Part shown: piece by piece, positions 1-13,365 of the stretch
How the letters are laid out: every line of letters starts with the position of its first letter
Numbering within the stretch: the first letter of the stretch is position 1
Source of the DNA: Octopus bimaculoides
Taxonomy: Eukaryota
DNA length: 64,000 bases
Reading direction: 5' to 3'
Assembly (NCBI RefSeq): GCF_001194135.2
Contig: NC_068981.1
Location: 33,647,646 to 33,711,645 of the forward strand
Program-made: the position numbers and the translations under genes
Notes under the pieces: model-generated
What the model was told of the DNA's origin: nothing
What the model saw: only the letters and a program-made list of their open reading frames with translations
Database searches by the model: none

Positions 1-352
1 TATATATATATTAAACAAATAAAAAAGGGGGTTTGTATGATAGTGTATAGAGGAATATATTATTTAAAAGAGTTCCAACTCTGTCTGTTTTTTGTTTTAT
101 TTATATTCTTATAAAATTAATGTGGGATATAGAATATGGAATATATAATATAAATAGTAAAATGAAATGAAGTATTGAATGTCTTATTGAATATATGAAA
201 TATTGAGTATTAAATATATAAGGGCTAGTATACTTTCCTGCTTTATAGCAATCATCAAGGTCCCGTCTGACAGATGCACTGTATATATCTTTAGATTTTG
301 ATGTAATGTTGCTTGGTTATTATATATCATCCAGCAATCTTGTTTTCATTAG

Positions 353-551
353 GGTATACTCTGAACCATGTGCCACATATGAAAGCGGGTCAACACGTCG
401 TTTCAAATTAGGTCGAACTGACACAATACGTTCCTGTACTGTCCCTTCCTACTTGTTCACTCGTGCCATGGATGACACTGGGGTGCCAGTCATTGAAAAA
501 CTACAGTTCCTCCATCAAGCTATTCAAACTCACAAAAACCTTATAAATGAT
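353..551 (+). CDS. CRAT: Carnitine O-acetyltransferase, antepenultimate coding exon (partial gene; upstream exons lie outside the window)
   Basis: Acceptor ttttcattag|G, donor GAT|gtaagt. Translates (R)VYSEPCATYESGSTRRFKLGRTDTIRSCTVPSYLFTRAMDDTGVPVIEKLQFLHQAIQTHKNLIND, matching the CrAT ATYESAS...GRTDTIRS motif. Ends in phase 0, in frame with the next exon. Confidence 0.95.
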
Positions 552-725
552 GTAAGTTCAACTTTGTTATCTGTTTAACGATTAAGTTTATATTGTTTTA
601 CATATCGTATAGGAAAGATTTAAATTTGAGATGCAAATAATTGTTTACCATTTTGTTGCTGTAGAAAATCTGCTTCAATAAACTCCATCTTCCCCATGGA
701 AAAGTGGACATGAAAATAATGATGA

Positions 726-758
<33 letters not shown>

Positions 759-2835
759 NNNNNNNNNNNNNNNNNNNNNNNNNNNNNNNNNNNNNNNNNN
801 NNNNNNNNNNNNNNNNNNNNNNNNNNNNNNNNNNNNNNNNNNNNNNNNNNNNNNNNNNNNNNNNNNNNNNNNNNNNNNNNNNNNNNNNNNNNNNNNNNNN
901 NNNNNNNNNNNNNNNNNNNNNNNNNNNNNNNNNNNNNNNNNNNNNNNNNNNNNNNNNNNNNNNNNNNNNNNNNNNNNNNNNNNNNNNNNNNNNNNNNNNN
1001 NNNNNNNNNNNNNNNNNNNNNNNNNNNNNNNNNNNNNNNNNNNNNNNNNNNNNNNNNNNNNNNNNNNNNNNNNNNNNNNNNNNNNNNNNNNNNNNNNNNN
1101 NNNNNNNNNNNNNNNNNNNNNNNNNNNNNNNNNNNNNNNNNNNNNNNNNNNNNNNNNNNNNNNNNNNNNNNNNNNNNNNNNNNNNNNNNNNNNNNNNNNN
1201 NNNNNNNNNNNNNNNNNNNNNNNNNNNNNNNNNNNNNNNNNNNNNNNNNNNNNNNNNNNNNNNNNNNNNNNNNNNNNNNNNNNNNNNNNNNNNNNNNNNN
1301 NNNNNNNNNNNNNNNNNNNNNNNNNNNNNNNNNNNNNNNNNNNNNNNNNNNNNNNNNNNNNNNNNNNNNNNNNNNNNNNNNNNNNNNNNNNNNNNNNNNN
1401 NNNNNNNNNNNNNNNNNNNNNNNNNNNNNNATATATATGCTGTATGTGGTGCTAAGTTATAAATTTTAAGCAGCATGAATGAATTAACACCTTTGTGACT
1501 TTTGGGCCACCCTGTATATGTGTATATATGTATATATATATATATATACACATACACAGTTGTTAATATATTTACAAGCATATGTTTACTAAACACAGAT
1601 TTAGACTCACTGTACAAATAAACCATAGTTAAACCACAAAATTCTCTCTGTAGTATATTTCAGAGCTCATCTGTGCCATGTCATTTCATGCTTACTAACA
1701 TTATACATCAAGTGGAGTACATTTGCTTTATTTCTCTCTAGCTTTTGCATGTCCTCTACATTCAGTACCCCTCTCTCACTACCATGCAGCATCCCACTTT
1801 TTACACAGTCTACTCTTTGGTCAAAGAGAGAATTCCCTTGTTGCTAGCACAGGCAATAGCTCCTTGTTTTTGTTCTGGTCACTATATTTTTAGAGTATTC
1901 TCCTCCACTGCTGATTAATTTGTGTTGCAAACAGTAGCTATCAACTATCTTTACAGAACCTTCCAAATGTTGAAAAGAATTTATTGTATTACTGCTGTAC
2001 GTCTGCCACATACACAAGTCTTTATTCATCATCTGCTTGTGTGTGATCCCAGTACACCTCTTGTGCACCCATAGTTCACACTGTTTACACCTTATGGAAT
2101 TCTTGCCTACACCTTTTCAGTATATCAAACACGGCCCACTGTTATGAAGGCTGACTGTTGCTAAACAACATAAAGCTGATTATTCTAAAAAATAAAAAAA
2201 AAAAAAGTTCCATTTCCAACAATAATGACATCTCTATATTGTTGAAGTAATTTTTAAAAAAACCCTATTGCCCTTTCTATCACTAAACACTCAACAGAGT
2301 TGTAGAAGTTGAATCTTATCAGCCAGGGAAGCCGGGACATGAATGCTTCATTCAGTTTTTATTTATTTTCAAATGAAGACAAATCCTTGTCGAATCTCTG
2401 TGTAACTGAATTACTAAACAAATAGCATAACACTATCTTTTAGTGCCACAAGGAAGCTCTACACGTTTACTTGACCTGCAAGAAATAGTAGTCAAATTTC
2501 CTTCATATTGCATGCTACAGTTCTTTGCTGATGAGTATCACAGTTTAATGGTAATATGTCCTGAACTCATGTGCATGTGGTTAGTAGTCCAGTCCCCCTA
2601 GCCTCACAACTATTGTGTTTATAACGTATTCACTGTAAGGATGAAAGCTGTTGGCCAACTACAGAAGAGGAGTGGTACTTACTTTTATCCATGTTAAGAA
2701 CCAAGTTATGTAACCAGTCTCATTTGTTTCCATTATCAACTACACAAAACTTCTATTCAGTCAGCACACCTAATAACAATCATATTTTATAGAATTTTCA
2801 AATGTCTATTGCCATTGTTTTACTCTCATTTGAAG

Positions 2836-2973
2836 GCTATAAGTGGTCAAGGAATTGACAGACATCTTCTTGGATTAAAGCTTATAGCTATTGAGAAAGG
2901 AATGAACATACCAAATCTGTTCATGGACACTGCTTATGTAACAAGTGTACATCACAAGATCTCAAGTAGCCAA
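2836..2973 (+). CDS. CRAT: Carnitine O-acetyltransferase, penultimate coding exon (138 nt)
   Basis: Acceptor ctcatttgaag|G, donor CAA|gtaagc. AISGQGIDRHLLGLKLIAIEKGMNIPNLFMDTAYVTSVHHKISSSQ contains the family DRHLLGLK motif and an STSQ-like motif. Confidence 0.95.
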
Positions 2974-3788
2974 GTAAGCTTTCCTGTATTTTTCATTGAA
3001 TCTTTTCCATCATTTCTTTTTTATTTTTGTATATTTTCCATGGTAATACAGTAAAGGCCTTTTCATAACTTCTGTCAAGATGGTCTTAATGCTCACAGGT
3101 CAATACTAGATAAGACACTACCTATTTATTGTGGAATTAATATATGCACATGCCACTAATCGGATGTTCCCATGAACTTCTGTTTGACAGTCTGTCAGAA
3201 TATGTTTGTCAGAAGAGGAAGATATGTGCCCATAGCCTTTGAAGTCCTTATCAGACTGGTGAGACTGATGTTTTGTGAATCAATGTTTTGCTGAAAAACA
3301 TAAGCATAAAAGAAATTCCAGAGGATTGCAGTCCTGAGAAAATAAAACTTTATTGTGTGTTATCTTCCTAGGACTGCTGAGAAGAAAAACATGGGTTAGG
3401 TGCTTAATGTGGAGGCTTGGGAATTGACAGGTGGAGGAAAGGCAAGTGAGCCTATGTTTAGAGGGTGTGTAAGAATTGCACTGATTTTATCTTGCTTTAG
3501 AGATGCAAAGTTAATGGAAACAGAGATTAGAATAGTTTAATTTTCTTCCTCACTACTCTGGTTCAAAATCATTCTTGGATTGACATGATTTTAAGTGGAA
3601 TGGTAATTAAACTAACAGTGGGTTCAACATCTTTCAATTATTCTTGGTATGATTGGTGGCAAAAAATTGGTAGAGTTGCTTTTTCAATTTTGATTTATTA
3701 ATAAAGCTTTAAAGAAACTATTTCATATAAGAGAAACATTCCCTTACTAAATGTTTGTTATATATATATATATTTATTTAATTCCCAG

Positions 3789-4007
3789 GTTTCAAGCAAA
3801 TATAGCTGTTCTATGAACTTTGGTCCTACAGCACCAGATGGCTTTGGTATATGCTATAACTGCCAAAAATCTCATATTCTAATTGCTGTATCAGCACTCA
3901 ATACAAGTCCAGATACATGTTCAAAGAAAATGACAAATTCAATCCATCAGAGCCTTACTGACATATATCACCTTTTACAGCAAGAATCTCCTGTCTCTAA
4001 ACTTTGA
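3789..4007 (+). CDS. CRAT: Carnitine O-acetyltransferase, last coding exon, C-terminal PTS1 (-SKL)
   Basis: Acceptor aattcccag|G. VSSKYSCSMNFGPTAPDGFGICYN...HLLQQESPVSKL* matches the FGP..PDGYGVCYN motif. Ends TCT AAA CTT TGA. Confidence 0.95.
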   Translation, partial: VSSKYSCSMNFGPTAPDGFGICYNCQKSHILIAVSALNTSPDTCSKKMTNSIHQSLTDIYHLLQQESPVSKL

Positions 4008-4223
4008 ACTACAGCGAACAAGAATCCTAAGCAGTAAAAATTGTCAATTACTTCAAAGATAAAAAAAAGCAAAATTTAAAAACAAAATCAATTTTTACAT
4101 CTATCATTAGCGAAGATATTGTAGAACACACAGAGTATATAACTTCACTTAGACAATATCTAGGTATTCAACATTAACAATTCTATGAATATATTTCGGA
4201 ATACTTTATCGCACGAGAAAAGT

Positions 4224-4229
4224 AATAAA
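4224..4229 (+). terminator. Candidate polyadenylation signal of CRAT
   Basis: AATAAA about 220 nt after the stop codon; more AATAAA follow further downstream, so the site actually used is unknown. Confidence 0.3.
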
Positions 4230-7200
4230 TATTAGTGTTAGATTTATTCTAAAACTCCTATTAGAGAACTTAAAAACCAGGAAATCAAAATGACTTTCTG
4301 TTTAATGTAATTTCAATATAAGATAATAAGATTAAATATTTATCACTTTATTAGTTTCAAGAGAATTCTTTACTTGTAGAAATTAGTGCCTTTTAGCCAG
4401 AACTACATATTATCAGTAGTTGGCTATAAACATGTCCACTTTTATTATTTCAAGTAATAACACTAAATGGTGAGTACCACAAAGTAGACAAATGCTTTCA
4501 GCAGCAAGCCAAACTTCTAATTTAGTTTCAGTTATCTGCTTGAAGCTGTTTTACTGCATTTATGCTGTTATTGGCTTTAAGAAAGCCTGAACATGCAAAG
4601 TAGTTGTATTCTCTTTTTATCAAACAAATACAACTCACAAATAAAATGTTATCAATAACTCCAGATTGAAAACAGAAAGCTTTTTTCTACACCTCTCACC
4701 ACTTTTAAAAGATAATTTGCCATATTGCTGTAATGGATTAAAAAAAATCTTATTTCCATCAATATCCTGACATAACACTTAGTATTTGTTTTCCTTCTAA
4801 ATAAACTCCATATGGTTCCTCAAAATATAATTCCATGCGAATTTCCATAGCAAAAAAAGTATGCGTGTACACCTGCTTATACGCACAAGACTGGTGATAA
4901 TATAATTGTCTTAATAACTGACATTTCTCTTAGATATTTATTCCTTCGTTAGACTAATAGCAATGTTATATTTGCTTCATTATTCTCTGAAAAACCAGAG
5001 GTTTTAAATCTGAGTGTTTAATCATAATTTTTTTAATGCATTTTACACTTAATGTCAGCTAAGGCCGTTTGCCCAGTTATTATTCAAAAATAGGTAAATT
5101 AAATCAACATTAAAGCAACAACAAGACTANNNNNNNNNNNNNNNNNNNNNNNNNNNNNNNNNNNNNNNNNNNNNNNNNNNNNNNNNNNNNNNNNNNNNNN
5201 NNNNNNNNNNNNNNNNNNNNNNNNNNNNNTTATATCCATATATAATACATGTTTTGAGCAAGTGCTTGGATGAGGGGTGTACTGATAAAACAGATTGATC
5301 CTTTACATAAACGAAGAAGGCCAAGATAAATGGTAGATTTGATAGAGGGGAACCTAACTTAAAATGCTGTTACATCATTAAACTATACAATTAAAAAGAA
5401 TGGTAAAAATGGATAAGGTAGTATTCTTAGAGGAACTATTGCTGTATAAATCTTAAATTATCCAATTTAAAGAAGGTTCTGGATGGAAGATAAAATGGAA
5501 AGAAAAGCAAACCAAGGCTTTTGAAATCTAAAAGTTATCTTTTAGTTATTAGAATTGAAACTCATAGATTTAATGAGTATTTTATGTCATCAGTTTAGAT
5601 ACTTTGTTCAGCCTCAACACACAGCCCAAATTAAAAGGGGGGAAACTTGATATAAAGAAGCTAGCCATGAATACATATAAACCAGCTGTTCTTATCTAAC
5701 CAGCTAATGACCATAAGATATCATATGCTAATTAGAAAGAAATCTATCATGTTGCCAGTGAAGAGTACAGCTATAATGAAATTAAATATTACTGCAATAA
5801 AATATTGCCTGTATCAACGTAGGGAAGAGTAAAATGATAAGTATTATAGCTAAGTACAGACTCCTTATTTTATTTTTCGTGTATAGTCGAACTAACCTTA
5901 GTAGGCAGCAAAAGTCACAGAATTGTAAGAACATAGGACAAAATACTTTGTAGTATTTGTTCCAGGTAACTCTGAAGTTTAAATTCTGCGAAGGTCAACT
6001 TTGCTTCTCATCTTGTCAGGGTCACTAACATAAAGTATCAGTCTAGGGTAATGAGTTGTTAGAGCATCGACTGAAATGACTTGTATTATTTGTTTCTGTT
6101 CTTGGATGTTAAGACTTCATCCATTTTCCCAGGTTATCACCACCTGCTCCTTCTTAACAAGAATTCAGTTCAGCCCTCCAATTTGAGGATAACTTCTTCC
6201 TACCAGCCACATAAGACCTGGGGATGAGTGGAGTATTGGGTATTGTTGAAATTTTAAACTTAAACTGAATTTATCCTTTTCTATAAATTCCTGCCTTTAT
6301 TCTATGAAAAAGGAATTAAATTTATAAATTATTGAATAATGTTAGTAAAATTCTAGCAGGCTATATGATAAAAATTAACAAAGGGCTGATGCACTTTTGG
6401 ATATATAATACTTATCATTTCTTTACAATGCTGGGAAGTTTATTTTTCAGAAAGCATTTTTAATTGTAATTATCCAGTGTGGCTTCTATTTACCTAACAT
6501 GTCACCCATCTGATTACTGCTTTAACAGATCTTATTAAAAAAAAATTATAGAGTGTAAAGTAAAGTTATTTCATATGTTCTGTTTGAGAATAAACTATAA
6601 AATTTGAAAAAAAAAAAAAAATTGATTTCTACTTAAAAATATATATTTAAACACCTTTAATATTTATTTGTAAAAATATACACTTATGGAAATTAAATAC
6701 TCATAAAAGTCCATTCTTGCTCCACCATCATTTTCTTTTTGCTGTTTGTAGCTCATGGGATATGCACATTTTTAATTTCTTCATGGCCAAATTTCTAAGA
6801 AGAGGTTGTGTAAGTAATCCAATTAATTTTACTAAACCCACCCAAATTCCTGAATAACAGAAATTTTTTTATTCAGTGAAATGTTAAGGGTAATTAGAAT
6901 AAAATTTAAGAAAGACTCTTTCAACTACTGTAATTTTGTATATAATAATGAGTTAATTTAAATACAGACAGTCGTGGGAGGATTTATATTAAGAGTTAAA
7001 GAAAATATGAAAATATGTAGTTTGCTTCTTCCAACAGAAAGCATCTTTTATTTGGTCAGTTTGTATTGTAGAGTTGCAGTTACCTGAGTCATGTTGGACT
7101 ACAGATTGATTTTGTTTCATATGTCATCACTTGTTCTATGTCTGTTGTCAAGACACATAACTCTTCCAACTCATTCCATTTTTTAACCATAAATACCCAT

Positions 7201-8403
7201 ATATAATAAAATTTGTAGAATAACATAGTTCGCCTGCTGTGAGATAATATGAGGTTAGATATTTCAAACAGGAGGACTATAATTAATGTTAACTTGGCTG
7301 GTAACATTTTAGTTCAAGGTTAGCTACTGACCTAAAGAAGACAGCAGTAAGTCTTTCTCTTCAGTACTCAGTCAAACCTTTATCTCCAATCATCATTGCA
7401 AATGAATCTGACCATCAGTTTTTAATTGCATGCTGCAGTGTTACAGTTCATTCCACATGAAATTTGTCAGACACATCAGGAAGATATCTTTCCCAACCAC
7501 AGATTATTTTATGATAAAACTCTATACCTACTTCTTCTCACAGGTGTCCTACCCTAAATGTTGAAAGTTCAGGATATACATTTAAACAGAATAATAAAAC
7601 CAAAATGTTACCTGTTTATTATCCTATCCAGCTGATTTTGTTACTGGAACAGTAAAACCTGCCAAATGTCTACTAGTTTATTTTACTAACCTTGTTTATG
7701 AAAATGATTTATATTTAATTCCAACACTGATATGCAGAATAAAGAATAGCAAACTTTTAAAATTACCTATAAAACAGCAATCATTTTTATGTATCTTTGT
7801 ATCTCCATTTTTTTTTTTTGAAAGATTCTTATTACTTTTTAATGCCATCAACTTTATCACAATCATCTACAAAACAATAACTTTTCATCTATTTTTTAAA
7901 AATGCGATGGGAATGAGCTAACAAGTGATCTTGATTTACTCAATTCAATAGCCAAATCTCCTTCCATTATTTTTAAAAAATAGGATCATGTTTTATGCCC
8001 TAAATCTTAGGACAACATATCAACAATAATAATAATTAATGCATTGTTCAACCAGCTACCTCTGAATCATAGGGTCTGCTTGCTCAAGCAGGACTGACCA
8101 GGGCTATTCAACAACAACTGTAATGAGAATGTAAGAGCGACACAAAACAGATATAAAAACAGATAATTTATCACAAATAATAAAGAAATGCAATAAAATT
8201 ATTAACATACATCACTGAAAGAGAATTGGAAGAAAAAGACAGTGTTGTTCACTGTATTCCTCTTCTTGTGTAAGAGCTGTCATATTCTAAACTGAAGCAC
8301 AAATGCACTCACAATATCAGTTGTGGTATCAGTGATAATAATAAAGATTTCTGCTGATAGAAATATGATTTCTTCCAGATTTCTCTTATATTCAGTCTTA
8401 ATA

Positions 8404-8418
8404 TTTATTCATTTTATT
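8404..8418 (-). terminator. Candidate polyadenylation signals of DOLPP1
   Basis: Two AATAAA on the minus strand (plus-strand TTTATT at 8404 and 8413), about 255 nt past the stop. The sequence is AT-rich, so this is weak evidence. Confidence 0.3.
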
Positions 8419-8669
8419 TATGTATTTGTAAGTCATAATTTTTTCATTGTCCTTGCATTGAAATTTCTATATCTTCCAGTATAATTCTCGTTAGTTACAT
8501 TGTTGATTTGTGTCAATCAATCACTCAGTCTATTGACAGTTGAGTTGTGAAGCAGTCTTGTGTGCTAAGCCATATTCGCTAGCCACATGTCCCAGCCTTT
8601 CCTCAGCTAACGGTGAACTGACTGCTAGAAGAAGTAGGCAAAGTTATTTGCAGTTGTGCAACTAACTTA

Positions 8670-8709
8670 TCACTGTGACTTGCGACCAGTTACTTTTCTC
8701 TGCCTGTTC
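8670..8709 (-). CDS. DOLPP1: DOLPP1 exon 8 (last coding exon)
   Basis: Acceptor cttttatttcag|G. (R)NRQRKVTGRKSQ* compared with the vertebrate C-terminus RNRQRKLGTKLQ*. Confidence 0.92.
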
Positions 8710-10613
8710 CTGAAATAAAAGAAACATTAGAAATTATATTTTTCAGCTTTATGAGGCAAAACTTTTTTTAGTTATCAAATTATCAACATAAATCAAATGA
8801 TAAAATTATACAATATATATTGAAAAAAAAGAACAAAAAACAAGTGGGATTTTAAAATAAACAAAGACTTAAAGACATAGCTTTACAACCATGTGGTTCC
8901 AGGTGTTATAATAATACATTGAAACCTGAAGTCTTATACAATATATATACATGGGAATGTGTGTCATTCACTGATGTATATTGGCAAAGGAGATAAATGT
9001 TGAGAAAACTGTAAAACCAGTGCTTTATGAAAGAAGTCCTCTTAGACATTTGATCTTTATTGAATTAGACTCTCCCCTGTCAGAAATACAGTTAACTATT
9101 GATTGGCTCATTGGAAACCTGAAATCAATGGTGATATTGTTCACAAATTGCAATATAATTTAAAATTCCATGAGATGATGAATTTTCTATTAAATGAAGA
9201 GTGCACAGATAATCTAACTAAATACCTTACAAAAACCAGGAATTATTTTGTTTGGTTTCATTTTATGCTACTTTTACTAAGCTACAGTTTGATAATAAAC
9301 AAACTCGACCAATCTTCTCAAATTTGTGTTCATCAAGCGTTGCTACAGGATTGAATTGTAAGTTATTTTTAATGTGGTAAAGAAAGAAATCTGTATCTGT
9401 CATAGTGATTATCAAATTTCTCCATATCAGTTTAATTAATAGAAAATGTACTCATTTTGTTGTATCTAGGGAGGGTCATTATTCCATAATAAGCACACAC
9501 ACTGGTTCTATTTCATTTCTTCATTGTTAATTTGTCAATTGGTTAACTCATCAATAGATGCAAATCTAGAGCATGTCACTGATGAGGTCATAATGGTAAT
9601 GAAAAGACTTTGACAAACTGAATCGATAGACTAAGTTGCTGAGACCCCTTTCGGTCATGACTGACCATGGGATTGCACCTAGAAAGTTACCCTTCCAGGC
9701 ACAAGTCCGGGCAAGGTTGTTTATGGAAGACCAGCAGTCACCCATGCGACAGACTAAGTAATCAAATGATTAATCAATCAATTAATTAATTGGTTAAATA
9801 GTTAACCGTTGTCAAATTATAAAGTAGTGAAATAGAACCAGGGCATGTCTTTATTATTGGCATAATGACCGTCCCAAGACAACACAAAATATGTTTCAAC
9901 ATATGAGTTCATATCAAGAATCTTGCAAACTAAATGCAAAAACAAAATGTATTGATGTAATTAGGATAAATACCATTTGAGAAACAACTGAAGAGAGAGT
10001 TGCAAAGAATATAGTATATTGCAATAACTTAAAAAGTATCTCAATGATTTTCAACAAGATCTTCATATAAATCTATATTTTCTAATCTAAGCAAGCAAAT
10101 CAGCAGTAATCAAATGCACTCTTACCTAAGTTAGTCTGACAATCAAGAAGTTAATCAGCCATTTGACCAGTAGTTCTTCAATACTTCCAGGACAGGACAT
10201 ATTCCTTTGAATTGAAACCTGATAACAAGACAATCCTAGCTGAGTGACAGACTGGGCATTAATCTTTCCCCTCCAATGTTTTTAGGTTCGAAGGACCTAA
10301 TCTTTTTAAATACAGTTTCATTGAGAAAATCAACTTGGTATTTACTAATATCTGTTTAACATACTATTATCCCTGAACTCACATTTCACTAACAATCTAC
10401 GAGTCTTGACTCTTTTCTGAGTAGCTTGAATGGGAAAATCAACAGAAAATATATATCCCTTCAAGCTATTTTCAGCATCTTCAATGCCTCTTTCCCCATC
10501 TGGGGTATATGGAATAAGAACCAGCAGATTAACATGCAGGAAGGTTAATCTTATGGATATTTTGGCTTTTAACATAATGAACTATCAATAAATAATGGAA
10601 ATGGATCCTTTAC

Positions 10614-10703
10614 CTGGCTTCACTTCTGGAAGATTTGTATTCAAACCACATAACATGAGGAATTAGAGTTGAGTCCCTTACCATTAAAAATTCACCTATT
10701 AAA
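10614..10703 (-). CDS. DOLPP1: DOLPP1 exon 7 (90 nt)
   Basis: Acceptor tttttgatttcag|T, donor CAG|gtaaag. (S)LIGEFLMVRDSTLIPHVMWFEYKSSRSEA(R) compared with vertebrate [30 protein letters not shown]. Confidence 0.95.
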
Positions 10704-12802
10704 CTGAAATCAAAAATAAAACAGTAAAATTAGCAGGAAATTAAAGTAATGATTCAAGCAACAAACAACAATATCATTTGTTTAGTTTACAAACATTAAT
10801 TCACAACAGATTGAGGCTTTTTTTCAAATATGATAGAAACAAAAGCACTATTTACTCAACATCAACATAACACCATTTTAAAAGCAAGTATAGCTGAAGG
10901 GATCTACAATCCTTTCTACTAAAGGTACAAGGGCTGAAATTTTAAGAGAGGGGACTAGCTGATTACATAGACCTCAGTGCTTGACTGGTATTTATTTCAA
11001 TGATCCCAAAAGGATGAAAGGCAATGTCAACCCTCGCAGAATTCTGAATGTGAAGATGAATGGAATTTCACTTAGTATTATGCCCAGTGTGGTAATGATT
11101 TTGCTAGCCCACTGCCTTTGGAGAGATCTACAATACAAATACATATATACACACACACACACATATATATATATATATGATGAGCTTCTTTCAGTTTCTG
11201 TCTACCAAATCCACTCACAAGGCTTTGGTCAGACAGAGGCTACGGTGGAAGACAATTGCCCAAGGTGCAATGCAGTGGGACTGAACTGAAGAATACAAGG
11301 TTGTGAAGTTAGCCTCTCAATCACACACCTGCACCAAGAGATGAAAAATGATTGTGAGATCCCTTTTGGGCCTCTTTCCGTCTAATCTAAGTTAGCTACC
11401 ACATGAGAACAAGAAAGAAAGAAATTCATACTTAATTTGGCATTTGATTCAGACTAAATAAACTCTTATAAACACAAGAAAGTAATTTTTAATTATAAAG
11501 AGTTAGTAGACAACACTTCCAACCATTTTTTACCAATGGACTCCTTTGATTCCAATTTTATTCAGGTGGGCCCTCATATGTATATATATATATATAAGAA
11601 ATTATATAAAAATATTAGAAATTATATAAAAAAAAATTGTTAGAATAGTTGGTGAATTGTAGAAGTATATAACCAATTTCTTACACATAAATTTTAGCAA
11701 AAAAAAATCTAATATAGACACCAGTTGAGGACCACTGCTCCAACATTACAATGCAACCACACAGAAGAATAGCTATTTAGTACATACTACACAAATGGCA
11801 TGATCTAACAAGGTTTACTAATTCAAAAGGAATATATCTAATCATCAAATAGTCAATGTATAATGTATCTAAAATTATATATGATATACATATATATATG
11901 ATATATATTGCATTTATATATCATATAAATGGGCATTGGCGTTAGGAAGGGCATTGGCGTTAGGAAGGGCATCCAGCTGTAGAAACTCTGCCAAATCAGA
12001 CTGGAGCCTGGTGTTGCCATCCGGTTTCACCAGTCCTCAGTCAAATCGTCCAACCCATGCTAGCATGGAAAGCAGACGTTAAACGATGATGATGATGATG
12101 ATAAATGCAAATGTATAATTGTGTAAGACTTGCAGTATTTAGTTGTTATATTCCTTTATGTTCTGTGTTCTGATCCCACTGAGATAGACTTTGCCTTTCA
12201 TTGTAGCAGAATGAGTAAAATAATGTACAAATGAAGGACTGAAGGTTGATTTAATCGACTGTACTCACTGCCAAATTTTCTAGCTTTGAACGTATGTAAG
12301 AAATCATCACTTTATGTTTGCATGTTTATTTTTACTGTAAAAGTAGTTGACTGCTCATCTTAAGTGAACTCACTCAAGGGAAGGACACATTAGACAACAA
12401 AGTCATAGAATAAAGAGATTGATCACAGCTGCAATATCTTTGATCATATATCCATGAAATCAAGGCTGACCTTAGATACAAACAATTTAATTCCAATTCA
12501 TGAGATCAATTCTAACTGTTCTGTTTTCTGTTTGGACATATCTTTTACTTTGATTGTCTAAAAATTAATAAAGGATAGCAGGTCTAGTACTCCACCTGGT
12601 ATTTGAGTACCTTTGCAGGAATGAAATTCTATCTATTGCAAGAATTTCGACCAAAGTTTCCATGTCCCTAGTTTCTGGGTTTACAATAGGTATTTTGTAT
12701 CTCTATGTATCATAAGAGGCAACTTAAAAGTCTCTGCAAGAGGAAGGGTCTCCAGCCTTAAATAACTGTCTAAGGAAGGCCATTCAACCAATACATACTA
12801 AA

Positions 12803-13018
12803 CCCTTTAACATTTAGACTGGCTATATTTGGTGCAAATATTCTACCAGTTTCATAGTGAAACTGGCCAGATCCCGCCTCTAACACTCACCCTGTAATGT
12901 CATTCTAAAAATATACAATTACATCATCGAAATCTGATAGCTATGAAATAATGCTTGAATAATTCAAAACAATGTGAATAAATAAGACATTTATCAGAGT
13001 AATTTGAATGCTGAAGGG
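12803..13018. mobile_element. piggyBac-like MITE
   Basis: Ends CCCTTTAACATTT...AATGCTGAAGGG flanked by TAAA/TTAA. Related copies at 21996-22528 (interrupted by family B), 27271-27422 (ends AAAGGG|TTAA) and 56592-56815. Confidence 0.65.
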
Positions 13019-13059
13019 TTAATCTCTTCTCTCCCTAGGGAACATAGAAAGGAAAGGAA

Positions 13060-13365
13060 TCCCTTTGGTCATGAATGACCATGGGATTGCACCTAAAAAG
13101 TTACCCCTCCTAGGTACAAGTCTGGGCAAAATTTTTTCATGGAAGACCAGCAGTTTGCCCATGCATACCACCCTCCTCTCTCTACACCACTAATGTTATT
13201 CAAGGGAAAGGCAAAGGCCGATACAGCTTGGCACCAGTGATGTTGCAAATCATTTCTACAGCTGAGTGAACTGGAGTAACATGAAATAAACTGTCTTGCT
13301 CAAGAACACAACACAGCCCAGGCTTGAATTCGAACTCACTACGTCTTGATTGTGAACCATCAACA
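13060..13365 (-). mobile_element. SINE family E copy
   Basis: ggtcatgaatgaccatgggattgcacct...cttgctcaagaacacaac. An opposite-orientation copy lies at 43825-44148 and a fragment at 9645-9750. Confidence 0.8.

Noticed and set aside
598-1626. Long ORFs in the track (also 14774-15457, 23543-24045, 39206-39739, 47815-48489)
   Set aside because: They are open only because they run through N gaps and microsatellites.
10345-10575. 76-aa ORF MLKAKISIRL... as an independent gene
   Set aside because: No recognisable homology, and it lies in DOLPP1 intron 7. Only the internal 117-nt splice-bounded part is kept, as a low-confidence poison-exon candidate.
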